Positions 40,907 through 53,566 of a stretch of 64,000 nucleotides of DNA are shown in pieces; within the stretch, counting starts at the first letter, position 1, and each line of letters begins with the position of its first letter. The notes under the pieces were generated by a model. The model was not told where the DNA came from. It saw only the letters and a list, made by a program, of their open reading frames with translations, and did no database searches. The stretch lies in the NCBI GenBank assembly GCA_964016885.1, contig OZ024755.1, forward strand, positions 3,038,001 through 3,102,000, read 5' to 3'. The stretch is from Eledone cirrhosa. Lineage: Eukaryota. A program made the translations under genes and the position numbers.

Positions 40907-40958
40907 AGAGAGAGAGAGAGAGGTTGATAGAGAAATGCGTATATGTGTGTCTATATAC

Positions 40959-41008
<50 letters not shown>

Positions 41009-41285
41009 GCATATATGTATATATATATATGCATATATGTATATATATATATATGCATATATGTATATATATATATATGCATATATATATATATATGTTT
41101 GTGTATAGAGAGAGATAGAGGTTGATACAGAAATGCGTATGTGTGTGTGTCTCTCTATATATATATGCATATACATATATGCACATATATATATACGTAT
41201 ATACATATATGCACATATATATATACGTATATATATGTATATATATAGAGAGAGAGGTTGATAGAGAAATGAATGTGTGTGTGTG

Positions 41286-41316
<31 letters not shown>

Positions 41317-41479
41317 GGAGGGGGGTATAGATAGATGTGTACATGTATACGGCTAATGTCCACATAATTTCAAATGGAGTCTTGAGATTAATTGTAAAAC
41401 TTCGTCCACCATTAATATCCTACATTTACACAGAACATTACCAAAACAAATGAAGATACATTTTGTTGTCTGCCTTCCC

Positions 41480-41920
41480 ACACCACCACCACCATATCAC
41501 CATACTACACTACCACCACCACTACAATGCTACCACCACAATACCACTATACTACACTACCACAACACCACCACACCACCACATCACCATACTACACTAC
41601 CACCACCACTACAATGCTACCACCACAATACCACTATACTACACTACCACAACACCACCACACCACCACCACCACATCACCATACTACACTACCACCACC
41701 ACAATGCTACCACCACAATACCACTATACTACACTACCACAACACCACCACAAAGCCACCACCACATCACCATACTACACTACCACCACCACTACAATGC
41801 TACCACCACAATACCACTATACTACACTACCACAACACCACCATACCACCACCACCACCACATCACCATACTACACTACCACACCACCACATCACCACTC
41901 TACACTACCATCACCACCAC
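41480..41920. repeat. About 90-bp CAC/TAC-rich minisatellite, 4-5 copies
   Basis: Recurring CACCATACTACACTACCACCACCACTACAATGCTACCACCACAATACCACTATACTACAC. Confidence 0.9.
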
Positions 41921-42214
41921 AATTATAAGTACTCTCTTCCGAGTTTCATCTGCTCCCCCTCACCCCTCCTCACACACACCCCTCCTCACACACACACCCC
42001 TCCTCACACACACACCCCTCCTCACACACACACCCCCTCTACCATTTTCTTTTCTTCCACACTCTTGCGTTCCACCTTTATCTCTCATCTCTCCTTCTCT
42101 CTCCCAATTTCTCCTTTCCTCTCTCCTCTCCTCTCCCCACCTCCTTTCACTGGACAAACCATTTAGCCAACCATCCACACTAAGTGATGCACGTATACCA
42201 ACCAAGTGAAGCGC

Positions 42215-42660
42215 TCCACCACCACCACCACCACCACCACCATCACCACCACCACCATCACTGTAGACCACCACCACCGCCGTGATCCACCACCACCACC
42301 ACCATCACTGTAGACCACCACCACCGCCGTGATCCACCACCACCACCACCATCACTGTAGACCACCACCAACCACCATCACTGTAGACCACCACCACCAA
42401 CCACACCACCATCACTGTAGACCACCACCACCGCCGTAGACCCCCACCAACCACCATCACTGTAGACCACCACCACCAACCACACCACCATCACTGTAGA
42501 CCACCACACCATCACTGTAGACCACCACCACCACCGCCGTAGACCACCACCATCACTGTAGACCACCACCACCACCGCCGTAGACCACCACCATCACTGT
42601 AGACCACCACCACCAACCACACCACCATCACTGTAGACCACCCCCACCGCCGTAGACCAC
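42215..42660. repeat. CCATCACTGTAGACCACCACC minisatellite
   Basis: More than 10 variable-length copies. Confidence 0.9.
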
Positions 42661-42914
42661 TACGACCACCAAGCACACCACCGCCACTATCTACCACCAT
42701 CCATTCCAACCACAGTCCTAGCCAATACCATGCTAAAATCAATGACTGATTATGCGATTGGAAGTTCTGAAGACCAGTCCTTGGAGAATTGGTAATTGTG
42801 GAATCAGTAATTCATTCGTCGTAGAAACTGTCCGCTTTTTACAAGAGAAGACTAATTTCACTACAATAGCTAAATCATTGAGGATATTCTAGCTGCTACT
42901 ATACACACTAACAT

Positions 42915-42980
<66 letters not shown>

Positions 42981-42986
42981 TAACAT

Positions 42987-43026
<40 letters not shown>

Positions 43027-43032
43027 TAACAT

Positions 43033-43082
<50 letters not shown>

Positions 43083-43088
43083 TAACAT

Positions 43089-43153
<65 letters not shown>

Positions 43154-43189
43154 TATAGATATATACACACAAACATACACACACACACT

Positions 43190-43223
<34 letters not shown>

Positions 43224-43251
43224 TACACACTAACATACATATTCAAGTGCT

Positions 43252-43341
<90 letters not shown>

Positions 43342-43442
43342 CACACATACATAAGTATGTATATTAATACACTATACATAGATATACATATACTTACCTA
43401 TATATATATGGATACACATTTGTACATGCATGCACATACCGT

Positions 43443-43476
<34 letters not shown>

Positions 43477-43644
43477 TATGGGTGTGTGTGTGTGTATATA
43501 TATGTGTGTGTGTCTGTGTATATAAATACATGTGTATTTGTGTAACTGTAAATTGTGTGATGTGTAGGTGTGCATAATTCTTTTTATAGATATGCCTGTA
43601 TATATATATATACACACATATATATATATATATATACACACACA

Positions 43645-43697
<53 letters not shown>

Positions 43698-44014
43698 GTC
43701 TCCATGCGTGTAGATGTGGTTTTGCCATTGTACATATCTCTCTATGTCAATCATCCTGACTATCTACATTAGACAGTGTGATGGCTTTTCTTTTTATCTC
43801 TTTGTAGCACACATATACAAACATGTATGTATATATATATATATATATATATAAATATACATATATATAAATATATATATATATACATACAGTCACATAC
43901 ATATGCACACATAAATCTATACATATGCAGTATATATATATATATATATAAAGGGATCTCTGTACACATATCTACATGGCTCGTTATCTATCAAAGTAAC
44001 TCGCTGCATCCCTG

Positions 44015-44092
<78 letters not shown>

Positions 44093-44250
44093 CAGAGAGA
44101 GAGAGGTGAAGACAATGCATGTTTTTCAAGTTATTTATTCACAGTAAACTGTAACAGGAGCTTCCGCCAAACAAATAATTTTCTGGGTGTAATTCCTAGT
44201 TTAACACTTTAAATTTTTAAACAGCTTCATTAAGCTAGAATTTTAGAGTC

Positions 44251-44473
44251 GATTTCTAATTCAAGCACAAGGCCAGCAATATTGTGGGGAAACGAAAGTG
44301 GTTTATACGAAACCAAGTGCTTGAATTCCACCTTATTTTATCGACCTTGAAATTAGGAAAGCTACAGTTGACCTCGGTGGCATTGAACTATGAACTATGA
44401 ATACATATAAAGACACATCAACAAACACTGCTATGCATTTTTGACAGTCTACCGACTCTGCTTAACCACCGCC
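44251..44473 (-). mobile_element. Diverged full-length SINE family A copy
   Basis: Plus strand has GCACAAGGCCAGCAAT...TATTTTATCGACC...GTTGACCTCGGTGGCATTGAACT...ACCGACTCTGCTTAACCACCGCC. Confidence 0.75.
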
Positions 44474-44539
44474 ATATATTTGTTTACTATTTTCAAATTC
44501 CAATGTTACAAACTTTACTCGCTTTCTCTAAACTTTCCA

Positions 44540-44578
44540 TTTCCTGATGAAGGAATTATGTCCGAAACGTCAAACTCT
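44540..44578 (+). ncRNA. Minimal type I hammerhead ribozyme-like motif of the Penelope-LTR type
   Basis: CTGATGA (44544-44550), an extra A, helix II GGA-ATTATG-TCC, GAAA (44564-44567), CG-TC with a GTC cleavage triplet and palindromic ACGT. Helix I pairing is weak, so it is probably a relic. Confidence 0.55.
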
Positions 44579-44739
44579 CTTCTACTTCTTCCTAAGGGGG
44601 ATACTAAGATTTTGTACTTTTGCATGTGTTTGTCTTATTTCATGAAGTATGTATGAGTATACGTGTATATATATATATGTATGTGTTGTGTATGTATGTA
44701 TATATATATATATATATATGTATGTATTTTGTATGTATG

Positions 44740-44781
<42 letters not shown>

Positions 44782-45054
44782 TGCATGCATACAGGTGTGT
44801 ATATATTTACGTGTATATATGTATGACAGCTTGTACGTATGTATCGAAATGTGTGCCGGGAATAATTAACTTAATTCTCAGTCACATCATTTTATATTAG
44901 GTTAATAAACACATTAACTACATGTGTATTACAGTAACACATCGTGTATGTGTGTGTGTGTGTGTGTGTGCTTGGTTGCCTGAGTATGTGTATGTAATAT
45001 GTTTGTATGTATGTATGTGTGTGTGCATATGCATATATATGATTGTGTGGTTGC

Positions 45055-45105
<51 letters not shown>

Positions 45106-45539
45106 TGTATGTGTATGTATTTATATAGCGAGATTGGGTTAATCTAATAGACAATCTCTTCATTTTCTATTAGGTTTGCTCCTCTAATAATCCAATTTGC
45201 CAATTCTACAACTGATGCTTCAAGATCGCACATTTTCCTAAAGCTAAACAATATATACCTATCTATACTATCTGATCTAGCAATCCTTTTACTCTCTCTC
45301 TCTATCCCTCTCTCGCTCTCTCTCTATCTCCTCTTCTCACTCCCTCTCTCTCGATCTCTTTTTTTTTTCTGTTTGTGTCTGTATGTACAGTGTGTGTGTC
45401 TGTGGGCATTCGTGCATGCGAAGAAAATTGCCGAAACCGTCAGAAAATGTCTGATTGTATTCTCTCCCTGTCTCTGACTCTGAGTTCAAATCCCACGATA
45501 TCAACTGTACTTTTCGTAATTTCCTTCTCTTTAAATGAT

Positions 45540-45800
45540 GTGCCCACTCATGACTGTGAAATATTCTTTTTCTTCTTCTCCCTGCTGTCCCTTTGTCTCT
45601 CCCTCTAGATAATACTCCTAATTCAAAATGGCCGTCCTTGTCATAGAGTGTCACTCTGCTTCGACGAGATAATCTCTTCTTTCTATCTCTCTGTTATATT
45701 CTTCGCATTTCTGACTTATCCGTTGTTTTGCTGTTGAATTTCTAGTATTCCCAGCTGAACATTCATCAAAAGAGCGCCAAACATCACTATCCTTTCCTTC
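45540..45800 (-). mobile_element. Possible very old RTE LINE C-terminal fragment
   Basis: Minus frames give ...KDGHFELGVL / LEG.DKGTAGRRRKRIF, similar to RTE ...LEGKIEGKRGRGRQR; many frameshifts. Confidence 0.3.
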
Positions 45801-47049
45801 TTCTTTTTGTTATACATTCCTTTAAGGTTTCAGAATAAATATATATCTCCACTTGTCAAACTCTCCCCTGTTATTCAATGTGGTTGTCTCCATCTAGTCA
45901 AGTGTGCCCTACAATTCGGAGATTTACTGCATTGAGATGCTTCCTCAAAACATGCGTTTTATTTCTTTGCGCTTGTCTAACTAGAATGCTATGCTAGCTG
46001 TTGCATAATTGTAAAGTGTTCTAGAAGTTATAACCTAGGTCTTCCACCTCGATGTACCCATTTTGTAGCCAACAGAATATATCTAATGTGTTTACCATAT
46101 TTTTGAAAAAGGTACACAGACTCGCAACAGTTTGCCTTCATTAATCCTTAGTTTCTTATTGGAACTGTACACGGCCAATAAATTTATCACGCACAAAAAT
46201 TACCATCTACTTGCAATCCTGCGATCATCTGGTGGGATCCAGCTTTACCAGGATTCTGACTACCTTGGGGATATAACGCCAACGACACTACACGCCAGGT
46301 GGTACCTCGTACTGCTGAAGGGATACAGGAGAGATGCCCTTGTGGTGAGCTGCCACAGACATGAAGCCATAAGAATGGAGGTAAAATTCAGTTCCTTCTA
46401 AAACACCCAGTTTGATATTAAATATTGAACAGTGGTCGTTTTTCTAAACCTCTTCACTGCATCACGTTTTTTTTTTCCTGTCAAAGCCCCGTATTTCAAC
46501 ATATTCAAACTGTGAGACAGCCAAACACAGATTCCAGATGACAGAAGCACACATCTCATTAGAAAGAAGAATCCGACTTGGAACGACATAGAAGCGTTTG
46601 AAACGTGAAGATAAATACGATGTCCTTTCTTTGAATATTTCTGACATTGATTTCATCGATATGAACAAAAGCCAGACCATCTCATGACCTGTTAGAACAG
46701 GAAAACTCTCACAGAATGTTTAATACAATTATTTATAGCAGCAACAGGTCGACAGATATTTTATTATATATTACTGTTTACTCATCCATTTGTTAGTTCA
46801 AACATTTATCATTTTGTTTCTTAATGTTATTAATCTCTAGGCATATTCTTGCTTTACTCACCCACAGTTTCACGCTAGCATCTCAATAATTAGTCATATT
46901 GATCTACAGAGGAAATTTTTTAATACTTTGTAATGTAAAAACGAGGTCTCAGTGTGTCATTGAAGTGTGATGTAACCGGTATTTCATGGTATTGTATTCT
47001 TTCTGTTGCTCTGCAAAGAGATGACAATAGTTACATCATATTTTATTTT

Positions 47050-47440
47050 AAAAAGCTGTTTATACAAATACAAAACACACTATTAAAGGGGACAGAACAA
47101 AAAAGAAAATGAAAAGAAGAAAAAGAATCAAACAACGGAAGAAAGAGAGAGGGGAAGTGACATATACTACACCCCTGTCTGGGTGGTACCTCAGCTGTGC
47201 TCCATGGAAAGAATAGTAAATGCATTACCACAGAGGGTGGCCAGAGACACCCACCGCAACAGCCACCCTACCTCACTGGGCTCCTTGCTCATGCGGGTTG
47301 CTGTCTTTCCGATTTTACAAAGGAAATCAGCAGTGTGGGGACCACAGATACCCAGAGATCTCGACGGAGACAGGTACAAAGAGGAAACGGTCGGTCAGAC
47401 TCCGGTATTTAACTATCTTCCTCTCTGTGTCTGCAATTAA
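47050..47440 (-). mobile_element. 5'-truncated CRE-like non-LTR retrotransposon: end of the restriction-like endonuclease domain plus 3' UTR
   Basis: Minus translation ADTERKIVKYRSLTDRFLFVPVSVE, a 1-bp frameshift at about 47358, then LGICGPHTADFLCKIGKTATRMSKEPSEVGWLLRWVSLATLCGNAFTIL...stop at 47191. This matches E.RK..KY..L.....F.P...ETLG.WG..A..FL..IG..........L.QR.S.A..RGNA..IL. Confidence 0.8.
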
Positions 47441-47479
47441 AAAACATGACTTCTGTTTTTCTTATTGGATTGGGATATC

Positions 47480-47620
47480 CATTATGTCTCTTTACGGACT
47501 GAGTTCAAATCCCGCCTGAGGTTAACTTTGCCTTTCATCCTTACGGGGTCGATAAAATAAAGTACCAGTAATACATTGAGATAATTGCTGACCTTGTGAC
47601 AAAAGTAGAAACAATTATAT
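47480..47620 (+). mobile_element. SINE family A copy (3'-deleted subtype)
   Basis: CTGAGTTCAAATCCCGCCTGAGGTTAACTTTGCCTTTCATCCTTACGGGGTCGATAAAATAAAGTACCAGT...GATAATTGCTGACCTTGTGACAAAAGTAGAAAC. Confidence 0.88.
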
Positions 47621-48131
47621 TAAACAAAGCTAAATTACACGGGTTTGAACCATTACTGACAGACGTGGATCTGTCCAAGCTAGGCTATGATTTATTTGTG
47701 GATTCACTCAATTTATTTCTCTCTCATTCGAGAAGTGAAGGAGTCCATATGTCGAAACAACCTGCACTTAAAGAGAATTGTCGTTAGCGATAAGCTGATC
47801 AAAGACATATTGTTGCCAAGGATAAGATACACGATGCAGTTAGTCATAAATATATATGTACGCACACGCACACAGACACTTAGAAACACACACATATACA
47901 TGTGTGTGTTTCTATAAGTTGTTACGAATGAATAAATAGTTTCGTGAAACATACTGTTTCCACATCTATCTATATTAAAATCTACTTATCTACATACTTA
48001 GAAAAATTTAGATGTACAAATATATACATATATATATATGTGTGTGTGTGTGTATGTATAAATATGTGTCTGTGTTTGTTTGTAAAATTGTGTATATATA
48101 TATTTGTGCACATATATCATAAATAGGTGTG

Positions 48132-48190
<59 letters not shown>

Positions 48191-48337
48191 TTAAGTTAGA
48201 ATGCACGAGTGTGATGCGCTATCGATTACAGAGTCGGGTGCGATCAATAGCGATCGTACCTTGAGCAGATCGATCGCGAAGCACGTGTCAAATGTAAATA
48301 AGCAAAATGATGCTATATTGATATTTCGCTCCAGTTC

Positions 48338-48392
<55 letters not shown>

Positions 48393-48419
48393 TACATAAA
48401 CATGCGTATATATATATAT

Positions 48420-48626
48420 AACGAACGAACGAAGTATGGTAAGGAACCAAGTGGACCATAACACACCAGAATACTCGACACTTTGGGTAGTAGAGTGGTT
48501 AATAGGAAAATAGTCAGGACCCCGACGGCAGAGCTCAAGCCGTTTCGACAGCTATTTCTGGACTGAGTCCATAATTAGCCGTCGAAACGGCTTGAGCTCT
48601 GCAGTCGGGGTCCTGACTCTTTTCCA

Positions 48627-48630
<4 letters not shown>
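48420..48630. mobile_element. Hairpin element in (TA)n, family H, copy 3 (longest)
   Basis: Same leader as 33748 (AACGAAG..ATGGTAAGGAACCA..TGGACCATAAC.CACCA), then arms of about 62 bp folding back at GGACT-G-AGTCC. Confidence 0.8.
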
Positions 48631-48661
<31 letters not shown>

Positions 48662-48719
48662 CGCCTGTTGAAAGAGAATCTATGAGCATAAACAATAACT
48701 GGTATATATTTACAATAAA

Positions 48720-48788
<69 letters not shown>

Positions 48789-48862
48789 CACATATGTATG
48801 TGTGTGCATATATATATATACATTAATATATAAATATGTACATAAATACATGCATACACGTG

Positions 48863-49062
48863 NNNNNNNNNNNNNNNNNNNNNNNNNNNNNNNNNNNNNN
48901 NNNNNNNNNNNNNNNNNNNNNNNNNNNNNNNNNNNNNNNNNNNNNNNNNNNNNNNNNNNNNNNNNNNNNNNNNNNNNNNNNNNNNNNNNNNNNNNNNNNN
49001 NNNNNNNNNNNNNNNNNNNNNNNNNNNNNNNNNNNNNNNNNNNNNNNNNNNNNNNNNNNNNN
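48863..49062. other. Assembly gap (200 N)
   Basis: A run of exactly 200 N, which suggests a fixed-size scaffold join. Confidence 0.99.
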
Positions 49063-49506
49063 TGCTAGGAACGAAACAGATAGACACAGAAAAAAGAAAA
49101 AAGAATGAAAGATAGAATGAAAGATAGAAAGAGTGAATAAATGAGATAGAAATGTGGGCGAAAGTGCACCAAAGAAAGAAAAGGGGTTAGAAATAGCGAC
49201 GGAGTTGTTTAGAAAACGTGTGAACATAATAATAGAAACTGTAATAAGAGCAAAGTAATATAATATAGAGGAAAATAATTATACAATTGTTGATATGAAC
49301 ACATAGTCAGCCCTCTAATTAGCTGTGTAAAGTAATTTTGGAAATAAAGCCACAAGCTAAAGAAAGTCATTTTCTGTCTGATAAACTAAACATCGTAATT
49401 CAGATCTTGTAAGGTCTCATCAGCATCAGTTAAGAAATAATGGTGTATTGTATTAATTTGTTTTATGTTTTTTCGCACAGATTTATTCTTATGAATTGGA
49501 ATGAAC

Positions 49507-49543
<37 letters not shown>

Positions 49544-49799
49544 TTTGGATTTTACCATCAATTCCATTTGGGTCCAGGTCGGTTTTTATCATTTATTTTG
49601 TTTGACCTGTTTAGCTTGATTTGTTTTTTGGCTTAGGTGGTTAATGCCTTCTTAACCACTTTTTCAGTTTGTATGGCGTTTTAACTTATTGTTTAGCTCT
49701 GGTTTTTTAACTATAGAGCGCTTGCCAGCATTTCTACGATTTTGCGTTTCGTTTCGCTTTTTCTACCAGCCGAAATACGATTCTCGCTAAATTTACATT

Positions 49800-49842
<43 letters not shown>

Positions 49843-49845
49843 AAT

Positions 49846-49932
49846 CTTCTACAGGACTACAACTGTTTCATTCGGGATAAATCGTCAGGAAGCTCATTTC
49901 TCCCGAATGAAACAGTTCTAGTCCTGTAGAAG
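49846..49932. mobile_element. Fold-back element in (TA)n with a hammerhead-like core
   Basis: 32-bp arms (49846-49877 and 49901-49932) with one mismatch. The minus strand reads CTGACGA-TTTATCCCGAAT-GAAA-CAGTTG-TA. Confidence 0.65.
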
Positions 49933-49948
49933 CTTATATATATATAAT

Positions 49949-49980
<32 letters not shown>

Positions 49981-50392
49981 ATATATATATATTTATATTG
50001 TGTGTGTGTATAATAATAATTGATTGTACCGACTTTCTGAAGTCCTTTCCAATGCCATAGAAATATTTAAAGGGCAAAGGAGGACAAATAAAACAAATAA
50101 AAAGTAATGTTTTTTTACCCAGTATATTTCAGCGTTAAACCCCTCTTTTCAAATGCAAAACACACTTTTGTTTTGCGTCGTTTTGTTTTGTATTTGCATA
50201 TATATTACGGTTGGTGTCTGCGTCTTTCTGTAATTAAATTTCTAAATAATTCCACTTTGCCTCGTCAATAGGTGTATAGGTGTTCATATTTGCTTAGTGG
50301 TTTTTCATCACAATATAATGAGTGGTATGCTTTGCTAATGAGGTAGGAATAAGACGAAAACTCGTCAGTAGTTGTATACCGTATTAAATAGA

Positions 50393-50643
50393 AATAATTG
50401 TTTCTACTTTTGGCACAAGGCCAGCAATTATCCAGTACATTACTGGTACTTTATTTTATCGACCCCGTGAGGATGAAAAGCAAAGTTAACCTCGGCGGGA
50501 TTTGAACTCAGACTGTAAAGGGACGTAACTATGCTAGAAAGCATGGTATATAATAATAATGACTAATATCGTTTCCCTAAGCTCTAACCTACCTTGTGAG
50601 TGGACTTGGCTAGATGGAAACTGTTTGGAAACTCGTGGGATTG
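50393..50643 (-). mobile_element. SINE family A (3'-deleted subtype) plus a roughly 90-bp flank duplicated at 56984-57270
   Basis: Near-identical reverse complement of 19028-19180, followed by AATAATGACTAATATCGTTTCCCTAAGCTC...GATGGAAACTGTTTGGAAACTCGTGGGATTG. Confidence 0.88.
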
Positions 50644-50946
50644 ATCGTATGTGTAATTTAAAAGGGCCTCCATTGTTATATAGTGTCCAATAGGAACTTA
50701 AGAGACACGTCTATCACTATCTCTCTACATATCTTTTTGTCTCACCCAAGCTCATCATCTCTATCTCTCCCACTCTCTCTCTCTCTCTCTATCACTATAT
50801 CTCTCTCTCTCCTTCTCTCTCTCTGTCTGTCCTCTTTTTTCGGAGTCTCTCATTCTCTCGTTAGTTTAATAGCTATGTTTATGGCAACACTATAATTTTC
50901 AATATTATTTTTGTGTTATCAATCAATCGATCAATCGAAATACATA

Positions 50947-50984
<38 letters not shown>

Positions 50985-50986
50985 TA

Positions 50987-51071
50987 TATTGGGTTGTAAC
51001 ATAAATTCCCGCCGTTTTTTTTTATTAAGAAGTTTTATAATAACGGCAAGAATTTATGTTACAATCTAATA
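50987..51071. mobile_element. About 81-bp mariner-type MITE (MADE1-like architecture)
   Basis: TA|TTGGGTTGTAACATAAATTCCCGCCGTT ... AACGGCAAGAATTTATGTTACAATCTAA|TA: TIRs of about 28 bp with TA target duplication. Confidence 0.8.
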
Positions 51072-51076
51072 TATAT

Positions 51077-51111
<35 letters not shown>

Positions 51112-51212
51112 ACATATATAAATATATATATATATATATATGTATGTGTACACATATAAATATATATATATGTACATATATATGTATATATATATATGTG
51201 TATATGTATGTA

Positions 51213-51249
<37 letters not shown>

Positions 51250-51267
51250 ATATATTATATGTATGTA

Positions 51268-51306
<39 letters not shown>

Positions 51307-51384
51307 ATATATTATATGTATGTATATATGTATATATATATATATGTGTGTGTATATATTATATGTATGTATATATGTATATAT

Positions 51385-51415
<31 letters not shown>

Positions 51416-51550
51416 GTGTATATGTATGTATATGTATGTATATATATATATATATATACAAACATTCATGTACATACATATATATAAATGTGTGTGTATA
51501 CAAGCACACACGTGTAATGGAGAGTTTGTGTGTTTATTTATTACCATACT

Positions 51551-51690
51551 GATTTTTAATTTAGGTACACGAGCATCAAATTAGGGGAAGGGTAAAGTTG
51601 ATTAAATCAACCCCAGTATTTAACTGGTACTTTATTTAATCGCCCCCGGACGGATGAAAACCAAAGTTGGTTTCAGCAGGATTTGAACTT
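51551..51690 (-). mobile_element. SINE family A fragment
   Basis: Plus strand has AACCCCAGTATTTAACTGGTACTTTATTTAATCGCCCCCGGACGGATGAAAACCAAAGTT...GGATTTGAACT. Confidence 0.8.
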
Positions 51691-52910
51691 ATGTCTTCTC
51701 TAGTACATTTCTTTACGAAATATCGTCATAAGGGGACGACCAGTCAACTTTTGGCAACTTCTCATTCTAATATCTCGCTTTTTATTTTTTAGGGGATACT
51801 TCAGTATTCTGTGATGGCGCCAAAAATTGAGCAATGTGGAGACAGGAGAGGCGGGGTCATGACGTCTCCTCTCTCTCTTTCTCTCTCTTTCTCTCTCTTT
51901 CTCTCTCTTTCTCTCTCTCTTTCTCTTTCTCTCTCTTTCTCTCTCTTTCTCTCTCTTTCTCTCTCTTTCTCTTTCTCTCTCTTTCACTCTCTCTCTATCT
52001 CTTTCTCTATCTCTCCCATCTCTCTACCATATCTTACTCCTCTCTCTCTCTCTCCCATCTCTCTCTCTCCCATCTCTCTCTCTCCCATCTCTCTCTCTCC
52101 CATCTCTCTCTCTCCCATCTCTCTATCTCTCACATCTCTCTCTCTCTCTCTCACTCACATCTCTCTCTCTCACTCACATCTCTCTCTCTCTCTCTCACAT
52201 CTCTCTCTCTCTCTCTCACATCTCTCTCTCTCTCTCTCTCCCATCTCTCTCTCTCTCTCCCACCCATCTCTCTCCCCTATTGTAGTTGTTACTACTATTT
52301 CTGCTATTATTCTACCAGAAATTCCAGTAATTCTATCTTTACTTCTAGCCACACTGCCAAATTAAACTTACCAATTATGTTTTAAATTCCTCACATTAGG
52401 CCAATCAAAACAGAACGACCCTAATTATATATGTCTACAGAATTGAAGAATTTCGGAAAATTCTCTATAAATATTCTTCAAAATTCCTTTATTCTCTTCT
52501 CCGCCCACCCACCTCTCCACCTCTCTCCCTCTCTCTCTCTCTCTCTCTCACACACTCTCTCACTCTCTCTCTCTCTCACACACTCTCTCTCTCTCTCTCA
52601 CACACTCTCTCACTCTCTCTCTCTCTCTCTATAGTTATACTTGGGGAGGGTCATATTGTTGTAATAATATTGCCAGAAATAATAACAGATCACACTCACT
52701 GTTTGGTTGGTTTTCGCTTCTGTATCTTTTATATCTCCATAGTTTATTTATTTGGCAATCAATGTTTATCATTGATTGTCCAACGGTTAAAAATACAGAT
52801 ATAAATATATATATAGTCTATCAAAGTTCTTTCGTTGCACATCTGCAACATCATCAGTGGTACTATTATGTGTCCTCCTATTGTATTGTAATGTCTACGC
52901 CATTTTTATT

Positions 52911-52961
<51 letters not shown>

Positions 52962-53452
52962 TTCTTGCATGTGGGTGTAGCAGTTTGTGTTGTTGGTTTT
53001 TGGTGATCTAAATTATGAAGTTCCAGGTTTGTCGTATCTAGAGAATTCTCCTCTCATGTCAAATACTAACGCTGTCTATTCACTTCTGTCACAACTATGT
53101 CACATCTCTGTCACAACTGTGTCACAACTGTCAGAACTGTGTCACAACTGTGTCACAACTGTGTCACTTCTGTGTCACTTCATTATCCCTATCACACCTC
53201 TAGGAAAATATCTCCATTTAGCATTCTGTCTGAATATAGTCATAGATCCAGGTTTCGGTGTCCGAGCAGCTGAAGACTGCAAGCTATTGAAGTGTTAACC
53301 GCTTTCCGATAGACTTGTCATTGAACCTTAGTTGTAGAGACTTTTAGAGGTTTTGGTCCTCAAACCACTTCCCTAAGAGTTGAGAGCGTATTATGAGTAT
53401 GTGTGTATATATATATATGTGTGTGTGTATGTGTGTGTGTGTTTGCAATAAC

Positions 53453-53566
53453 GGGGGGGCACGTAGCCTAGTGGTAAAGATGTTGGACTTATCGATCATA
53501 ATGTTGTGGGCTTAAGCAAAACACTTCATTTCACGTTGCTCCAGTATTCTCAGCTGAAAATGAGTT
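53453..53566 (+). mobile_element. SINE family B copy (B box deleted)
   Basis: GCACGTAGCCTAGTGGTAAAG (A box)...CTTAAGCAAAACACTTCATTTCACGTTGCTCCAGT. Confidence 0.7.

Noticed and set aside
46220-46380. CPCGELPQT*SH zinc-knuckle-like peptide in a GC-rich patch
   Set aside because: Too short and interrupted by stops to assign to a LINE clade without a search.
50332-50370. CTAATGA...GACGAAAACTCGTC hammerhead-like string
   Set aside because: The core is mutated and helices I and III do not pair convincingly.
53085-53180. 12-bp TGTCACAACTG(T) repeat, also an 18-bp repeat at 61490-61556
   Set aside because: Ordinary short tandem repeats with no further structure.
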